64,000 nt of DNA, taken from NCBI GenBank assembly GCA_965213925.1, contig OZ243927.1:2752001-2816000 (forward strand). Reading direction: 5' to 3'. The notes beneath the pieces were generated by a model that saw only the letters and a program-made list of their open reading frames with translations, was not told the origin of the DNA and made no database searches. Shown here one piece after another: positions 30,551 through 40,665 of the stretch. The stretch's first letter is position 1; each line of letters begins with the position of its first letter. This DNA is from Trueperaceae bacterium (GTDB lineage Bacteria; Deinococcota; Deinococci; Deinococcales; Trueperaceae). Both the position numbers and the translations under genes were made by a program.

Positions 30551-31519
30551 ATGACCCTTATTACCAGCCCAGACCTCACCGTGCGCCCCTACACCGAGGA
30601 CGATTTCGAACGCATCGCGGCGTTTCACAACCTCGTCGAACCTGACTATCCGACGACAGCCAGCGAGTTGCGCCGCAACAACAGCCTCCGCGACCCTAAG
30701 CTCGACTACAATCTCTTTCTCGCGGAGCGCGGCGGCGACCTCATCGGGACGGCGCGGCACACGCAAGCGTCCGGCTTGTACCATCCGCAGAAGTTCTACG
30801 TGAACATTCACGTTCACCCGGCGCACCGCCGTCAGGGGCTCGGCAGCCGTCTATACGAGCGTCTTATGGACGCGCTGGAGCCCTTCGACCCGGTTCTTCT
30901 GCGCGGAGACGCCAAGGAGGACCGCCCCGACGCCGTGCGCTTCTGGCAGAAGCGAAGCTTTCTCGAGGAGGACCGCTACTGGGAGTCGCGCCTCGACCCG
31001 CAGACCTTCGACTCCGCGCCGTACGCGCACCTAGGCGAAAGGATGCGCAAGCTCGGCGTGAGCATCCAGCCGCTCAGCACGCTCATGGACAAGCATCCCG
31101 ACTACCGGCGCATCCTCTACGACCTCGACTGGGAGGTTACGCAAGACGAACCCCTGCCCGAAACGCCTACGCGAAAAGATTTCGAGGTCTACAAAAAGTA
31201 CTTCGACACGCCCGAATTCATACCGGACGCGCTCCAAGTTGCGCGCTATGGGGGCGCGTGGCGCGGCTTCAGCGAACTCGGCGGCTCGGAAGGGGACGCG
31301 CGACACCTCTACAACGGCTTCACGGCGGTCGGGCGCGAACTGCGCGGGGCGGGCGTCGCGACGGCGCTCAAGGTCAAGAACCTCATCTGGGCGAAGGAGG
31401 GCGGCTACACGGAGATCAAAACCTGGAACAACGCGCGCAACGCGCCTATGCTCGCCGTGAATACGAAGCTCGGCTTCGCGCGCCAGCCCGCTGAGATCAA
31501 CTTCAAGAAGGTGCTCTAG
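30551..31519 (+). CDS. Tandem-domain GNAT acetyltransferase
   Basis: VHPAHRRQGLGSRL and TAV.RELRGAGVATALK...TWNNARNAPMLAVN.KLGF. Confidence 0.9.
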   Translation: MTLITSPDLTVRPYTEDDFERIAAFHNLVEPDYPTTASELRRNNSLRDPKLDYNLFLAERGGDLIGTARHTQASGLYHPQKFYVNIHVHPAHRRQGLGSRLYERLMDALEPFDPVLLRGDAKEDRPDAVRFWQKRSFLEEDRYWESRLDPQTFDSAPYAHLGERMRKLGVSIQPLSTLMDKHPDYRRILYDLDWEVTQDEPLPETPTRKDFEVYKKYFDTPEFIPDALQVARYGGAWRGFSELGGSEGDARHLYNGFTAVGRELRGAGVATALKVKNLIWAKEGGYTEIKTWNNARNAPMLAVNTKLGFARQPAEINFKKVL

Positions 31520-31604
31520 TGCTCTCTCGCTTTTCCGATGTCACATACAGGCATCGGGAGAGCCACCTTGCGAACGAAACCGAGCACCTGGAAAAGAGTC
31601 ACTA

Positions 31605-32924
31605 CTACCGCGAAAGGTTCAGCGTCTCGAGCCAGAGCCGCTCACCCTGCGGGCTGTACTTGGCGACGAAGCTGAGCTGACCCCTTGAACCAGTTCCATA
31701 GTCGTCTTCCCATATCTGGTTCAAGTAGCCCGTGACGTAGATGTTGCTCGCCTCATCGGTGATGACCGCTCGTGCTTCGTCGAAGTGCTCGGTGCCGAAG
31801 CTGTCCGCCCACTCGAACTGGCCCTCGGGGGTCACGCTCATGACAAAGGCATCTGAAGCGCCTAACTCTGGTCCGCCCAAAGCGCCGTTGCCACTACCGA
31901 CGACGACGCTTCGCTCGATGTCAACCGCTACCGATGAGCCACTATATCCTCGGTTATAGCCAAAGTGCCTAACCCACTGCTGCTCGCCCAAGGTGCTGTA
32001 GTGGGCTAGAATACCGTCGATACTTACCCTAGCTTTCGAATTGGTAGGGTATTCCAAAACTTCACCCAATGTGCCTGAACTGCTCGCCGTGTCGCCTGTT
32101 ACATATACGCTTTCACCGCTCACCGCTAAACCATGCACGCGCTCAATGACAACACTTCCAAAGATACGCTCCCAGAGCATCTCGCCTGAAGCGTTGAGCT
32201 TTACTAAAAGGACGTCGACGCCTGTGGGAACAGTGCCCGGACGAAGCTCGACCTCTTCTAGCGAGTAGTAGCCCGTGAAGTAGACGTTCCCTTCGGCATC
32301 GACGGTGAGCGCCCGTAGCGATTCCGAACCCCTGGTGCTAACGCTGAACTGACGTACCCAGAGCTGCTCACCTTGCGGGCTGTATTTGGCGACATAAGTA
32401 TCACGGTCTCCTTGTACGTCCTCGACTAATGCACCCCCTATACTGCCCAAGAGGTAAACGTTGTTTTCTTGATCGATGAAGAGGTCAGACACCGCGTCCC
32501 CTTTAGGTGAACCGAACTGCTGCCTCCACATCGGCTTACCCTCACGGTACTTTGCGAGATAGACATCCATCTCGCCCCGATGCTCCGCGTAGAGGCTCCT
32601 GCTCGTCCGACCTGCGACGATCAGGTCGCCTGCGCTGTCAAAGGCGACCTCGCTCACGGGTGTGTCACGCTCAAAAGTCAAAGTTTCCAGCCACTGCTGC
32701 TCCCCGTCCGGCGAATACTTGCTGTAAAACACGGTGTTGAGACCCGCTCGGCTCCAGGTATTAGGGTAGGAGGCGCGACCGGCGACGAGCACCTCGCCCG
32801 CTTCGTTGACAGCTAAGGCGTCGCCCGACGAGAGGGCATGTTGGGTTCCGTTCTGGGCAAAACTTAGGCTGAGCAAGCAGAGGATGAGCGTTACAACGGT
32901 GCGGAGCAGGCGGTTGACGAGCAT
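31605..32924 (-). CDS. Secreted SBBP-repeat beta-propeller protein
   Basis: Signal peptide; repeated 'VD..GNVY.TG' and 'AKYSPQGEQLW' blades. Confidence 0.82.
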   Translation of the reverse strand: MLVNRLLRTVVTLILCLLSLSFAQNGTQHALSSGDALAVNEAGEVLVAGRASYPNTWSRAGLNTVFYSKYSPDGEQQWLETLTFERDTPVSEVAFDSAGDLIVAGRTSRSLYAEHRGEMDVYLAKYREGKPMWRQQFGSPKGDAVSDLFIDQENNVYLLGSIGGALVEDVQGDRDTYVAKYSPQGEQLWVRQFSVSTRGSESLRALTVDAEGNVYFTGYYSLEEVELRPGTVPTGVDVLLVKLNASGEMLWERIFGSVVIERVHGLAVSGESVYVTGDTASSSGTLGEVLEYPTNSKARVSIDGILAHYSTLGEQQWVRHFGYNRGYSGSSVAVDIERSVVVGSGNGALGGPELGASDAFVMSVTPEGQFEWADSFGTEHFDEARAVITDEASNIYVTGYLNQIWEDDYGTGSRGQLSFVAKYSPQGERLWLETLNLSR

Positions 32925-33147
32925 GTGATACCCTCCGGGCAGCGTAGACGAAACTGAGTAGGCTCTCCATCCATCATGTCACAGAGGTCGCGTTCGGACG
33001 GTGCATTCGGCACGGAAGCCGTGCTTCGTTTAGTCTCGATGTTGTGCACGAAACCTCGAGGCTCAGCGACAATGTGACCGCGAGTCGCGCGCCGAGGTCG
33101 GGCTTCTCTGCACCAATGCCGGTATGTACGCTTGTTACACTGCCCTG

Positions 33148-33693
33148 ATGAGAGACAAAACCCACCAGACTGCGCTCGTTATCATTCCGCCTGAAGAGGT
33201 GTGGGAGCCTATCCAGGAGATTCGGCGCGTTCACGATAAGCAAGTGAAGCGCTGGATGCCCCACATCACGCTGCTCTACCCGTTTTTCCCCAAAGTCAAG
33301 TTCACCGAGGCGGCGGGGCAGCTCGCGCCCGTCGGGTGGGACATCACGCCCTTCGAGGTTACGTTAGCGACGTTCGACACGTTTCAGCATGGCAGGGGCA
33401 GCTACAGCGTCTGGTTGCGCCCCGAGCCAGCGGAAAAGGTCATCGACCTGCAGACGAAACTGTGGCGAGCCGCCCCCGCCTACAGCGAGACGCGCTCCTT
33501 TGCGGGCGGCTTTACGCCGCACCTGAGCGTCGGACAGGTGCAGGGGCGAGGCGCGAAGAACGACCTCTTGAAGCGGCTGCAAGCGGACTGGGAGCCGCTC
33601 TCGTTCAAGGTGGACGCGGTGAGTTTTATCTCGAGAAAGACCCCGCCCAACGACACTTTTCAGGTGGACAGGCGCATCGTTTTAGAGGGCTAA
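33148..33693 (+). CDS. 2H phosphoesterase (2'-5' RNA ligase family)
   Basis: PHITL and PHLSV motifs; start moved to ATG 33148 (TACACT 6 nt upstream). Confidence 0.88.
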   Translation: MRDKTHQTALVIIPPEEVWEPIQEIRRVHDKQVKRWMPHITLLYPFFPKVKFTEAAGQLAPVGWDITPFEVTLATFDTFQHGRGSYSVWLRPEPAEKVIDLQTKLWRAAPAYSETRSFAGGFTPHLSVGQVQGRGAKNDLLKRLQADWEPLSFKVDAVSFISRKTPPNDTFQVDRRIVLEG

Positions 33694-34522
33694 TTAGAGC
33701 GCTGAGTGCAGGAGATGCAAGAGCGTCTCGTGCCCTTTGCCGTGCGGCTTCGTGACCTCGTGGTCGGCGCTGAACTCGTGCAGCGTGACGGGGCCGGCGA
33801 GCCGGCGTCAGAAGCGTTGCGCGTGTCTTTGGGCGTCACCGTCGTGTCGTCGAATCCCTTGCAAGATGCGCGTGGGCGCGTTCACGCGCGTCAGCGACGT
33901 GGTAGGCAGCGAACGCCCGAGCTTGCGCAGTTCGTCCACCGAAGAGGTCGGCAAAACGACCTCTTCGCGCAGCCGCCGCTGCACCTCGGCGTCGTCCAGG
34001 TCAACGCCCGGCAGCCGCCGCTCGAACTGTTGACGCACGGCTGCGTCGGCAAAGTCAGCCTTTCCGAACGGTCTGAGGGTCGGCATCACATATTTGACGA
34101 GGGGCAAGAGGCGCGTGCGCGGGTCGTTCATGCGCCAGAACGGGGCGATGAGCACGAGCTGATCGGGCGGACAGGACAGCCGCGAGGTGGAGCGCGAGGG
34201 CTCCGCCCATCGAGAAACCTATGAGCAGCGTTCGCTGCGTTTCTACTCCCGCTTCGTCGTCAGTCTGGAGCGCTCGCCAGTGTTCCAAAGCGGCGCTGCG
34301 CCAATCTTCCCAGCGCTTCTCGCCGAGGCGGGGTATGTCCATACCGAAGCCCGGCAAGAGGGGCGCGGTCGCCCTGTAGCCGCTCGAGCCGAGCATCTGG
34401 GCGACCCCGCGCAGCTCCGCGGGCGTGCCGGGAAAGCCGTGTAGTAGGAGCGCCCTTCGGGAACCGTTGCCGAGCGTAAAGGTCTGGTGTTCGGGTGCGC
34501 CGTAAAAGGTAGCTGCGTCCAC
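33694..34522 (-). pseudogene. Alpha/beta hydrolase (carboxylesterase-like), frameshifted as assembled
   Basis: LLHGFPG and GFSMGG in the first frame; PPDQLVLIAPFW...ILQG in the next; DDTTV and ADH (Asp/His) appear after further shifts. Confidence 0.78.
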
Positions 34523-34625
34523 CCCGTCATGGTGTCATACCGAGTATTCAGTTCACAGCGGGCGTGAACGCGGTTTGGACGCTCAACCTTACGCGCGGTG
34601 ACTGTGACCACCTCGCCGAACGGCG

Positions 34626-35532
34626 CTAGAGCGTAAGCTGCTCGCCGAACCTTCTGTCCCATTCGGGCGGAGAGAAGGGACCTACGCCTGCTTCCGGATG
34701 AAAGGTCAGCTCGCCGAAATAGATGTCGCCCTCGATGTTATAAAAGTCAACCCTCACGAGGCGAAAGTCTTGGGCGACCGTCTCTGCGAGCGCCTTCATC
34801 TCGTCGAACTTGGGCGGCGCGGGGATGTCCGGACCGTTCTCGTACTTCCACGCGCAGTCGATGAAGGTCCAGTCCGGGTCATAGAGGTTGCGCTTGTGTC
34901 CGGTGAATCTATCTAAGTCGACCTGGATAAACGCCACTTTGCCGTTGAAGCAGTGGAATTTGTAGTCGTTGGGAACGTCAGAGCCCTCGAGCAGGAGCTT
35001 CTCTACGACGATGCGCGGCTCGATATTCTTGTACTGCCACTCCTTCCAGCGGTGGTAGTAGTTCCTTTTGAGCTGCGTGCGCAGTGACTTGCGGACGGCT
35101 TCAAAGTCGACGTGTGACTTGTCCCTGACGATAAAGGCTCCGCCGCCGCTATTGTGGTTCGTCTTGATGATGTGCGGCGTGTCGGGCAGATTTTCAGGTT
35201 TGATGTCAGCCGGGTCTTGCGTGTGAAAGAGTAGGGGGACGAGGTAGGCTTCGCCCAGCTTTTCCTTTATGTAGTCTCGCACGGCGTACTTGTCGGCGCA
35301 TACCGTATGGAGCGGTTTTCTTTCGTTCAGCTTGAGCCACGTGATCTTTTCGTTTAAGGTCTTAGGGATTGTCCAAGTCCGGCTCGTACCCTAGCCTATT
35401 TCGGAACGCCTGCTTGATAAACACTTTTTCGGGAATCAGCGGGACGATGCGAAAGAGGTACACGTCGCTGAGCACCTTAAAAAGGGGGGTCAACAAGGGT
35501 CCAACTCTCGAGTTTTTAAGGGACCTAACCAC
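34626..35532 (-). pseudogene. TupA-like ATP-grasp amidoligase with one frameshift near 35366
   Basis: LGYEPDLDNP|KTLNEKITWLKL...ADKYAVRDY, KTNHNSG, DYKFHCFNG, VRVDFY, YFGELTF.P; extra C in AATCCCTAAG. Confidence 0.8.
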
Positions 35533-35983
35533 GTTTCACGCTTCCTTTCTACCCATCTTGAAACTCGCTGGAAGGATGCTCACAGTCCCTTCAAGACGTT
35601 TTTGCAACCCTCTCATACGTAAAATACGCGACCTTACCACTCAACGTTGAGGGCGAACTCACACCGATAAGCGAGCACAGAACGCTAAGATCAGTTCTCA
35701 GAACAAATCGTTCTAATCAACCGTTGAAAAGCGTCGAGGTGAGGGTAGGTACTCAGGGCGGCTAGCCGCCCTAAATGCCTCATCTACTCGTCCAGTCAGC
35801 ATACAATAGGAAATTTTTGGGGCGCGTGGACCTGGTACATTTTTCTCGCCTCGCCGCAATGATGAGGTGTTGATGAAGCCGCCGCGTTACGTTAGTGATT
35901 GCCGCCGTGCGCCAATGCACGTTACACTGAAGATGCTATGCTCTCTCATCTGATTAAGCCAGCGGGCGCTTAGGATACTAGTA

Positions 35984-36685
35984 ATGGACCTTCTTCGCAG
36001 CGGCGGACCTGTACTCATCGCTATTTTGCTCATCTCTTTATACGCGCTCTACCTCTTTATCGAGCGCCTTCTCAAGCTCTCTAAAGAACGCATGGACGTC
36101 GACAAGCTGATGGCGCGCGTCAACGCCGCCGTGCGCGAGCGCAACCTCGAGATGGCGCTCGTCGCCTGTGAGAATCACGGCGGACCGATCGCGAGGGTCT
36201 TAAAGGCCGCTCTGACGCGCCTGCCTTATGGACGCGCCGCCGTCGAAGCCGCCTTTCAGGAGGCGACCTTGGGCGAAGAGCAGCGGCTCACGAAAGGCCT
36301 GCGTCCGCTCGGCACCATCGCGCAGATCGCGCCGCTCTTGGGGCTTTTAGGAACCGTTACGGGCATGATCATCGCGTTTTCAGAGATTTCGCAGCAGGGT
36401 ACGGGCAACCCCGCCGCCTTAGCCGACGGCATCGGGCAGGCGCTCGTGACCACCGCGGCGGGTCTTATCGTGGCGATCCCCTCCCTTATCGGGTATAACT
36501 ACCTCTCGAGCCGCGTGGACAATATCCTCCTAGAGATCGAGCGCCGCCGCGAAGAGCTGATGGGCAACGTGGTCGAGGTGGTTTCGGGGCGCAAGGAGCG
36601 GCGCGGCGAAGGAGCCGACGCCGAGATGAACCGAGACGATACAGTGAGAGACGAGGACGACTATGAACCGGTTCGGGCGTCTTAG
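35984..36685 (+). CDS. exbB: MotA/TolQ/ExbB proton channel protein
   Basis: TIAQIAPLLGLLGTVTGMIIAF, GIGQALVTTAAGLIVAIP. Confidence 0.92.
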   Translation: MDLLRSGGPVLIAILLISLYALYLFIERLLKLSKERMDVDKLMARVNAAVRERNLEMALVACENHGGPIARVLKAALTRLPYGRAAVEAAFQEATLGEEQRLTKGLRPLGTIAQIAPLLGLLGTVTGMIIAFSEISQQGTGNPAALADGIGQALVTTAAGLIVAIPSLIGYNYLSSRVDNILLEIERRREELMGNVVEVVSGRKERRGEGADAEMNRDDTVRDEDDYEPVRAS

Positions 36686-37076
36686 CCGCAGGAACCGCAC
36701 GGGCCTAGGGCTCGACCTCACGCCGATGGTGGACGTGGTGTTCTTGCTCGTCATCTTCTTCATGGTCTCGACGACGTTTATCACGCTCGAGTCGGGGCTG
36801 CCCGTCGACTTGCCCCAAGCGCAGAGCAGCCAGGCGCAGTCGTCGGAACTGCCGACGGTGACTATCAATCAAGACGACCAGATTTTCGTGGGCGGCTCGC
36901 AGGTCGCCGAGGGCGACCTCGTCGCGGTGCTCCGCGAGGTCTTGGCGTCGAGCGCCTCGGACACGGTGGTGCTCCGCGCCGACCAGTCCGTGCGCTACGG
37001 CTTGCCGGTGCGGGTGATGGACCTGATCAAACAAGCCGGGGCGCAGCGCGTCGCCATCGCGACGGGTGGCAACTAG
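36663..37076 (+). CDS. exbD: ExbD/TolR biopolymer transport protein
   Basis: LTPMVDVVFLLVIFFMV, VDLP, VVLRAD...YG....VMD. Confidence 0.92.
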   Translation: MNRFGRLSRRNRTGLGLDLTPMVDVVFLLVIFFMVSTTFITLESGLPVDLPQAQSSQAQSSELPTVTINQDDQIFVGGSQVAEGDLVAVLREVLASSASDTVVLRADQSVRYGLPVRVMDLIKQAGAQRVAIATGGN

Positions 37077-39009
37077 AAACGTGCGACGCAGGAACTATCG
37101 GGAGAACGAACGGAGCTTCTGGCGCGACAAGGAGAAGCGGCGAGCCTTCCTCCTGTCGCTTCTCCTACATCTGGGGGGAATCTTTCTAATCATCTACGCC
37201 TACGTCACGCCGACGCCCCTGGAGCCCGAAAACTTCATCGTGTTAGAACTTGGTCCGAGCGAACAAGCGGACACGAACGACGCGGCAGCCGCCGCCGACC
37301 CCGCCCCGCAAGCGGCAGAGCCGGAAGTGGCGAGCGAGGCGGCGGGTGCGCCGCGCACGCCGACCGCTGCGCCTACGCCGGAGGCGTCAGCCGCGCCCCA
37401 AGCACAAACGCAACCGGCGCAGGACCCGACCCCAGCCGCCCCGCCAGCGCCCCAAGCGAGCGTGCCCGCGCCGCGCGCCGAGCCGCTCGACTTGCCGCCA
37501 CAAGAGGCTGCGGCGACGCTACCCGAGGTCGAGGAGGTGGAACTCGAGCCCCAACCCCTCGCCGAAGCCATCCCCGTACCGCGGCCCAGCGCCGCCGCGA
37601 ACGTGCCCGAAGCGCGCTCGGTTGCCGCGACCCCCCGAGTTCAGGTCGCCGCCCGCGTCGCCGTGCCCGAGCCCAGCGCGCAGGTCGCTGTCGCCGCCGA
37701 GCAGAGCGTGCCGACGCCCCAGGCGCAGGCGTCCGTCGCCGCAGCGAGACCCGTGCCGACGCCCGACGTGAGCGCGAGCGTGCCCGAACGGGCCATCCCC
37801 CAGCCGCAAGCCCAGGCGTCCGTGCCGAGTGCGCAGAGTGTGCCAACACCCCAAGTTGCGGTCGCGGTGCCGACCCCGAGGGCGTTAGCAGTCACGCCAG
37901 GCGTGCAGGTGGCTGAAGCGGAAAGCATCCCGAGCCCGCAAGTCACTGTGGCGGCGGAAGTGCCCGAGACGCCCAGCCAAGCCGCTGAAACGGCCGAAGC
38001 GTCCCAGTCCGGCGACCAGGCCGCGCAGAGAGAGGTCGACGCCGTCGGCGGCAACGCGCCCGACACCGGGCAGACGCAAGTTCAGGACGCCGCGCAAGCG
38101 GACAACGCGGGCGCGGCGAGCGCGCCCGAAGCTTTGAGCGCGCCGCCAGCCGGAGCCCCGGCGAGCCGCACGCCCTACGAGGTGCGCCGCACCCAGCCCA
38201 TCGCGGTGGTCCTGGACAACGCGCTCGGCTACCCGCAGACGGGCTTACGCGAGGCCTCCGCCGTGTTCGAGATGCCCGTGGAGGGCGGGCTGACGCGGCT
38301 CATGAGCGTCTACAACAACCCCAACAGCACGCCCCGCGAGGTCGGTCCGATCCGCAGCGCGAGGGAGTACTTCGTCGCGGCGGCGAGCGCGATGGACGGC
38401 ACGCTCGTTCACGTCGGCGGCTCGCCGAGTGCCTTGAGCGACATCGCCAGAGGACGCACGACCTTGGACGCCTTGGAGCAAAGTGAGCCCTTCTTCGTCG
38501 CGAGCAGCCAGCGCGCACCTTACAGCACCTACGCCAGCGGCAGCGCACTCCGGCAGGCCATCGCCCGCCTCGAGCTAGACGCTTCGCGCGTCCTGCGCGG
38601 CTCCGCGTACCGCCCCGCCGATAACGCGCCCGGCGCGGCGAGCGTGTCGGTGAACTACTCGGCGGACTACTCGAGCGGCTTTCGCTACGTCTCGTCGCTC
38701 GGTCAGTACCGCTGGCTCAGAAACGGCGCGGACGCCTCCGACGCGGGCGGCGAGGACGTGCTCGTCGACGCGGTCGTCACCGCGCAGGTCACGGCGTTCC
38801 CCTACCCCGGCGACCCCGAAGGCCGCCTCTACTTGCCCTACAGCGGCGGCGACGCGACCCTCTTCTTGCGCGGCAAGGAGATTCCCGGCACCTGGAGCCC
38901 CAGGGACGGTTTCAGCTTCTTCGCCGAAGACGGCGAGGCTATCGACTTAGCGCCCTACAAGCACTGGATTCTCTTCGCGCCGGAGTACGCCGAAGTCACT
39001 ACGGGCTGA
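37066..39009 (+). CDS. TonB/TolA-like membrane-anchored Pro/Ala-rich protein with a C-terminal DUF3048 (YerB-like) domain
   Basis: TM helix with SLLLH motif; long Pro/Ala/Gln/Val-rich linker; PIAVVLDN..PQTGL..A..VFEMPVEGGLTRLM, GPIRSAR.YF, HVGGS. Confidence 0.8.
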   Translation: MATRNVRRRNYRENERSFWRDKEKRRAFLLSLLLHLGGIFLIIYAYVTPTPLEPENFIVLELGPSEQADTNDAAAAADPAPQAAEPEVASEAAGAPRTPTAAPTPEASAAPQAQTQPAQDPTPAAPPAPQASVPAPRAEPLDLPPQEAAATLPEVEEVELEPQPLAEAIPVPRPSAAANVPEARSVAATPRVQVAARVAVPEPSAQVAVAAEQSVPTPQAQASVAAARPVPTPDVSASVPERAIPQPQAQASVPSAQSVPTPQVAVAVPTPRALAVTPGVQVAEAESIPSPQVTVAAEVPETPSQAAETAEASQSGDQAAQREVDAVGGNAPDTGQTQVQDAAQADNAGAASAPEALSAPPAGAPASRTPYEVRRTQPIAVVLDNALGYPQTGLREASAVFEMPVEGGLTRLMSVYNNPNSTPREVGPIRSAREYFVAAASAMDGTLVHVGGSPSALSDIARGRTTLDALEQSEPFFVASSQRAPYSTYASGSALRQAIARLELDASRVLRGSAYRPADNAPGAASVSVNYSADYSSGFRYVSSLGQYRWLRNGADASDAGGEDVLVDAVVTAQVTAFPYPGDPEGRLYLPYSGGDATLFLRGKEIPGTWSPRDGFSFFAEDGEAIDLAPYKHWILFAPEYAEVTTG

Positions 39010-39013
39010 CCCC

Positions 39014-39826
39014 CTACGCGCGCCACCTCGCGAGGCAGCGCTCAGCCTCCCCCGCCAACCACGCACCAAACGCCTCGACGAAAAGCTCACTCTCCGGGTT
39101 TACTTCGGGCTTGATCGCTAGCTCGAGCGCTCTATACATCTCCCCTTTATGCGCGGGATAGTGTTTCGCGAAGCTCTCGTAACAGAGATAAAGGTCGCGG
39201 GTGTAGCGCCTCTCTTCTATCATCACCAGTTCCATCCCCAAGCGGAGAAAGCGCCGCATCAGCCAGACCAAAAAGTTAGCCTTTTCCGCCTCGGGTTCCT
39301 GCGGATACTCATCCAAGAAGAGGTCTAGGTGTTGCTGAAAGTGTTTAGTCTGAAAGGCGATACTATAGTCTAGCGCGTACGGCTCAATATCTCTCGCCAA
39401 ATCGTCGCCGTACACACAAGCGGCTTCCGTTTTGAGGATGAAGGTGTAGGGGTTGTCCCGCTCGAGGACGCCCGCGTACGCCTCGAGTCCTACTTCAACG
39501 CCAGCGACGAAAGGAAACGCGCTCTGAATAGCCTGCTCGACCTCTTCTGCCCAGACCTTCACCTCGTCATACGTCACCGTATTGTCCCAGCTAGGCTCCA
39601 TCACCGCGAAGCTGTCGATGTCAGACACATGCTCGACAGGCGTCCCCTTCGCCAAAGACCCTCGGACGTAGAGGCTGTGAAGGTTGGGCCACCGCTCGAG
39701 ATACGCCCGCTCTAACATCTGCACGGCTTCTAACCACGCGCCTTGAATATTGGCGGCGTCGCCGACGCTCTGTAAGTACCCCCGCGCGTCAACCTCTTGA
39801 TACTTGCCGATTCGCCTAATCTCCAC
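39014..39826 (-). CDS. Pol-beta superfamily nucleotidyltransferase domain protein
   Basis: YVRGSLAKG....SDIDSF motif plus helical C-terminus; start uncertain (GTG 39826 or TTG 39859). Confidence 0.75.
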   Translation of the reverse strand: MEIRRIGKYQEVDARGYLQSVGDAANIQGAWLEAVQMLERAYLERWPNLHSLYVRGSLAKGTPVEHVSDIDSFAVMEPSWDNTVTYDEVKVWAEEVEQAIQSAFPFVAGVEVGLEAYAGVLERDNPYTFILKTEAACVYGDDLARDIEPYALDYSIAFQTKHFQQHLDLFLDEYPQEPEAEKANFLVWLMRRFLRLGMELVMIEERRYTRDLYLCYESFAKHYPAHKGEMYRALELAIKPEVNPESELFVEAFGAWLAGEAERCLARWRA

Positions 39827-39921
39827 GCTACTTCCTAGCCGGTGTGCCGCGTTGCGCAAGGGGAACTGTGCGGTGCTCGCACGGAGGATAGTTGCACACC
39901 CGCATGACGAGATACCTTCGC

Positions 39922-40602
39922 CTAGAGCGAATACCCACCCACCTCATCGTCGCGCACGACCTGACCATTTCTCAGCACGATGGTGCGGCGGCGGAGCTGG
40001 TCGACGAGTTCTCTGGCGTGCGTCGCCACGACGACGGTCGTTCCCTTGATGTTGAAATCGTTGAGCAGCTCTAAAATCTCCCAGCTCGTGTCGGGGTCCA
40101 AGTTGCCGGTGGGCTCGTCGCAGAGGAGCAGCGGCGGGTTGGTGACCATCGCCCGCGCGATGGCGACGCGCTGCTGCTCGCCCAAGGAGAGTTCGACGGG
40201 GAACGCTTTGCGTTTATGCGCCAGCGCGACCTGGCGCAGCGCCGCCAACGCCCGCTGCTCGTAGTTGCCGCGCTCGCCCACCGCCCTGAGCGCGAAGGTG
40301 AGGTTGTCCGCCGCGCTCAGGTGCGGCAAGAGGCGGTGGCTCTGAAAGACCATGCCGATCCTGCGGCGCAAGAGCGGCAGCCTGCGCTCGCGCAATTTGC
40401 TGAGGTCTTGCCCTAGAATATAGACGCTGCCCTCGGTCGGGTTGATGCGCCGCAGTAGTAGCGACAGCAGCGTCGACTTGCCCGCGCCCGAATGCCCGGT
40501 GATATAGAGAAACTCACCCTTCTGAATGCGGAAGTTGACATCTCTCAGCGCGTGCGTGTGGGTGCGCGGGTAGGTTTTGGTGACGCGGTGAAACTCGATC
40601 AC
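39922..40602 (-). CDS. ftsE: Cell division ATP-binding protein FtsE
   Basis: MIEFHRVTKTY, GHSGAGKST, LRRRIGMVFQ.HRLL, GEQQRVAIARA, DEPTGNLDP, GTTVVVATH. Confidence 0.88.
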   Translation of the reverse strand: MIEFHRVTKTYPRTHTHALRDVNFRIQKGEFLYITGHSGAGKSTLLSLLLRRINPTEGSVYILGQDLSKLRERRLPLLRRRIGMVFQSHRLLPHLSAADNLTFALRAVGERGNYEQRALAALRQVALAHKRKAFPVELSLGEQQRVAIARAMVTNPPLLLCDEPTGNLDPDTSWEILELLNDFNIKGTTVVVATHARELVDQLRRRTIVLRNGQVVRDDEVGGYSL

Positions 40603-40665
40603 GTGCTTCTCCTTAGTCGTTGTCTATTACCATATCGTCTTGGCTGCGGTCGGAACACTTCGACT

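Noticed and set aside
33694..35532. Programmed frameshifting in the esterase or ATP-grasp genes
   Set aside because: No slippery heptamers were seen; several scattered single-base insertions fit sequencing error or decay better.
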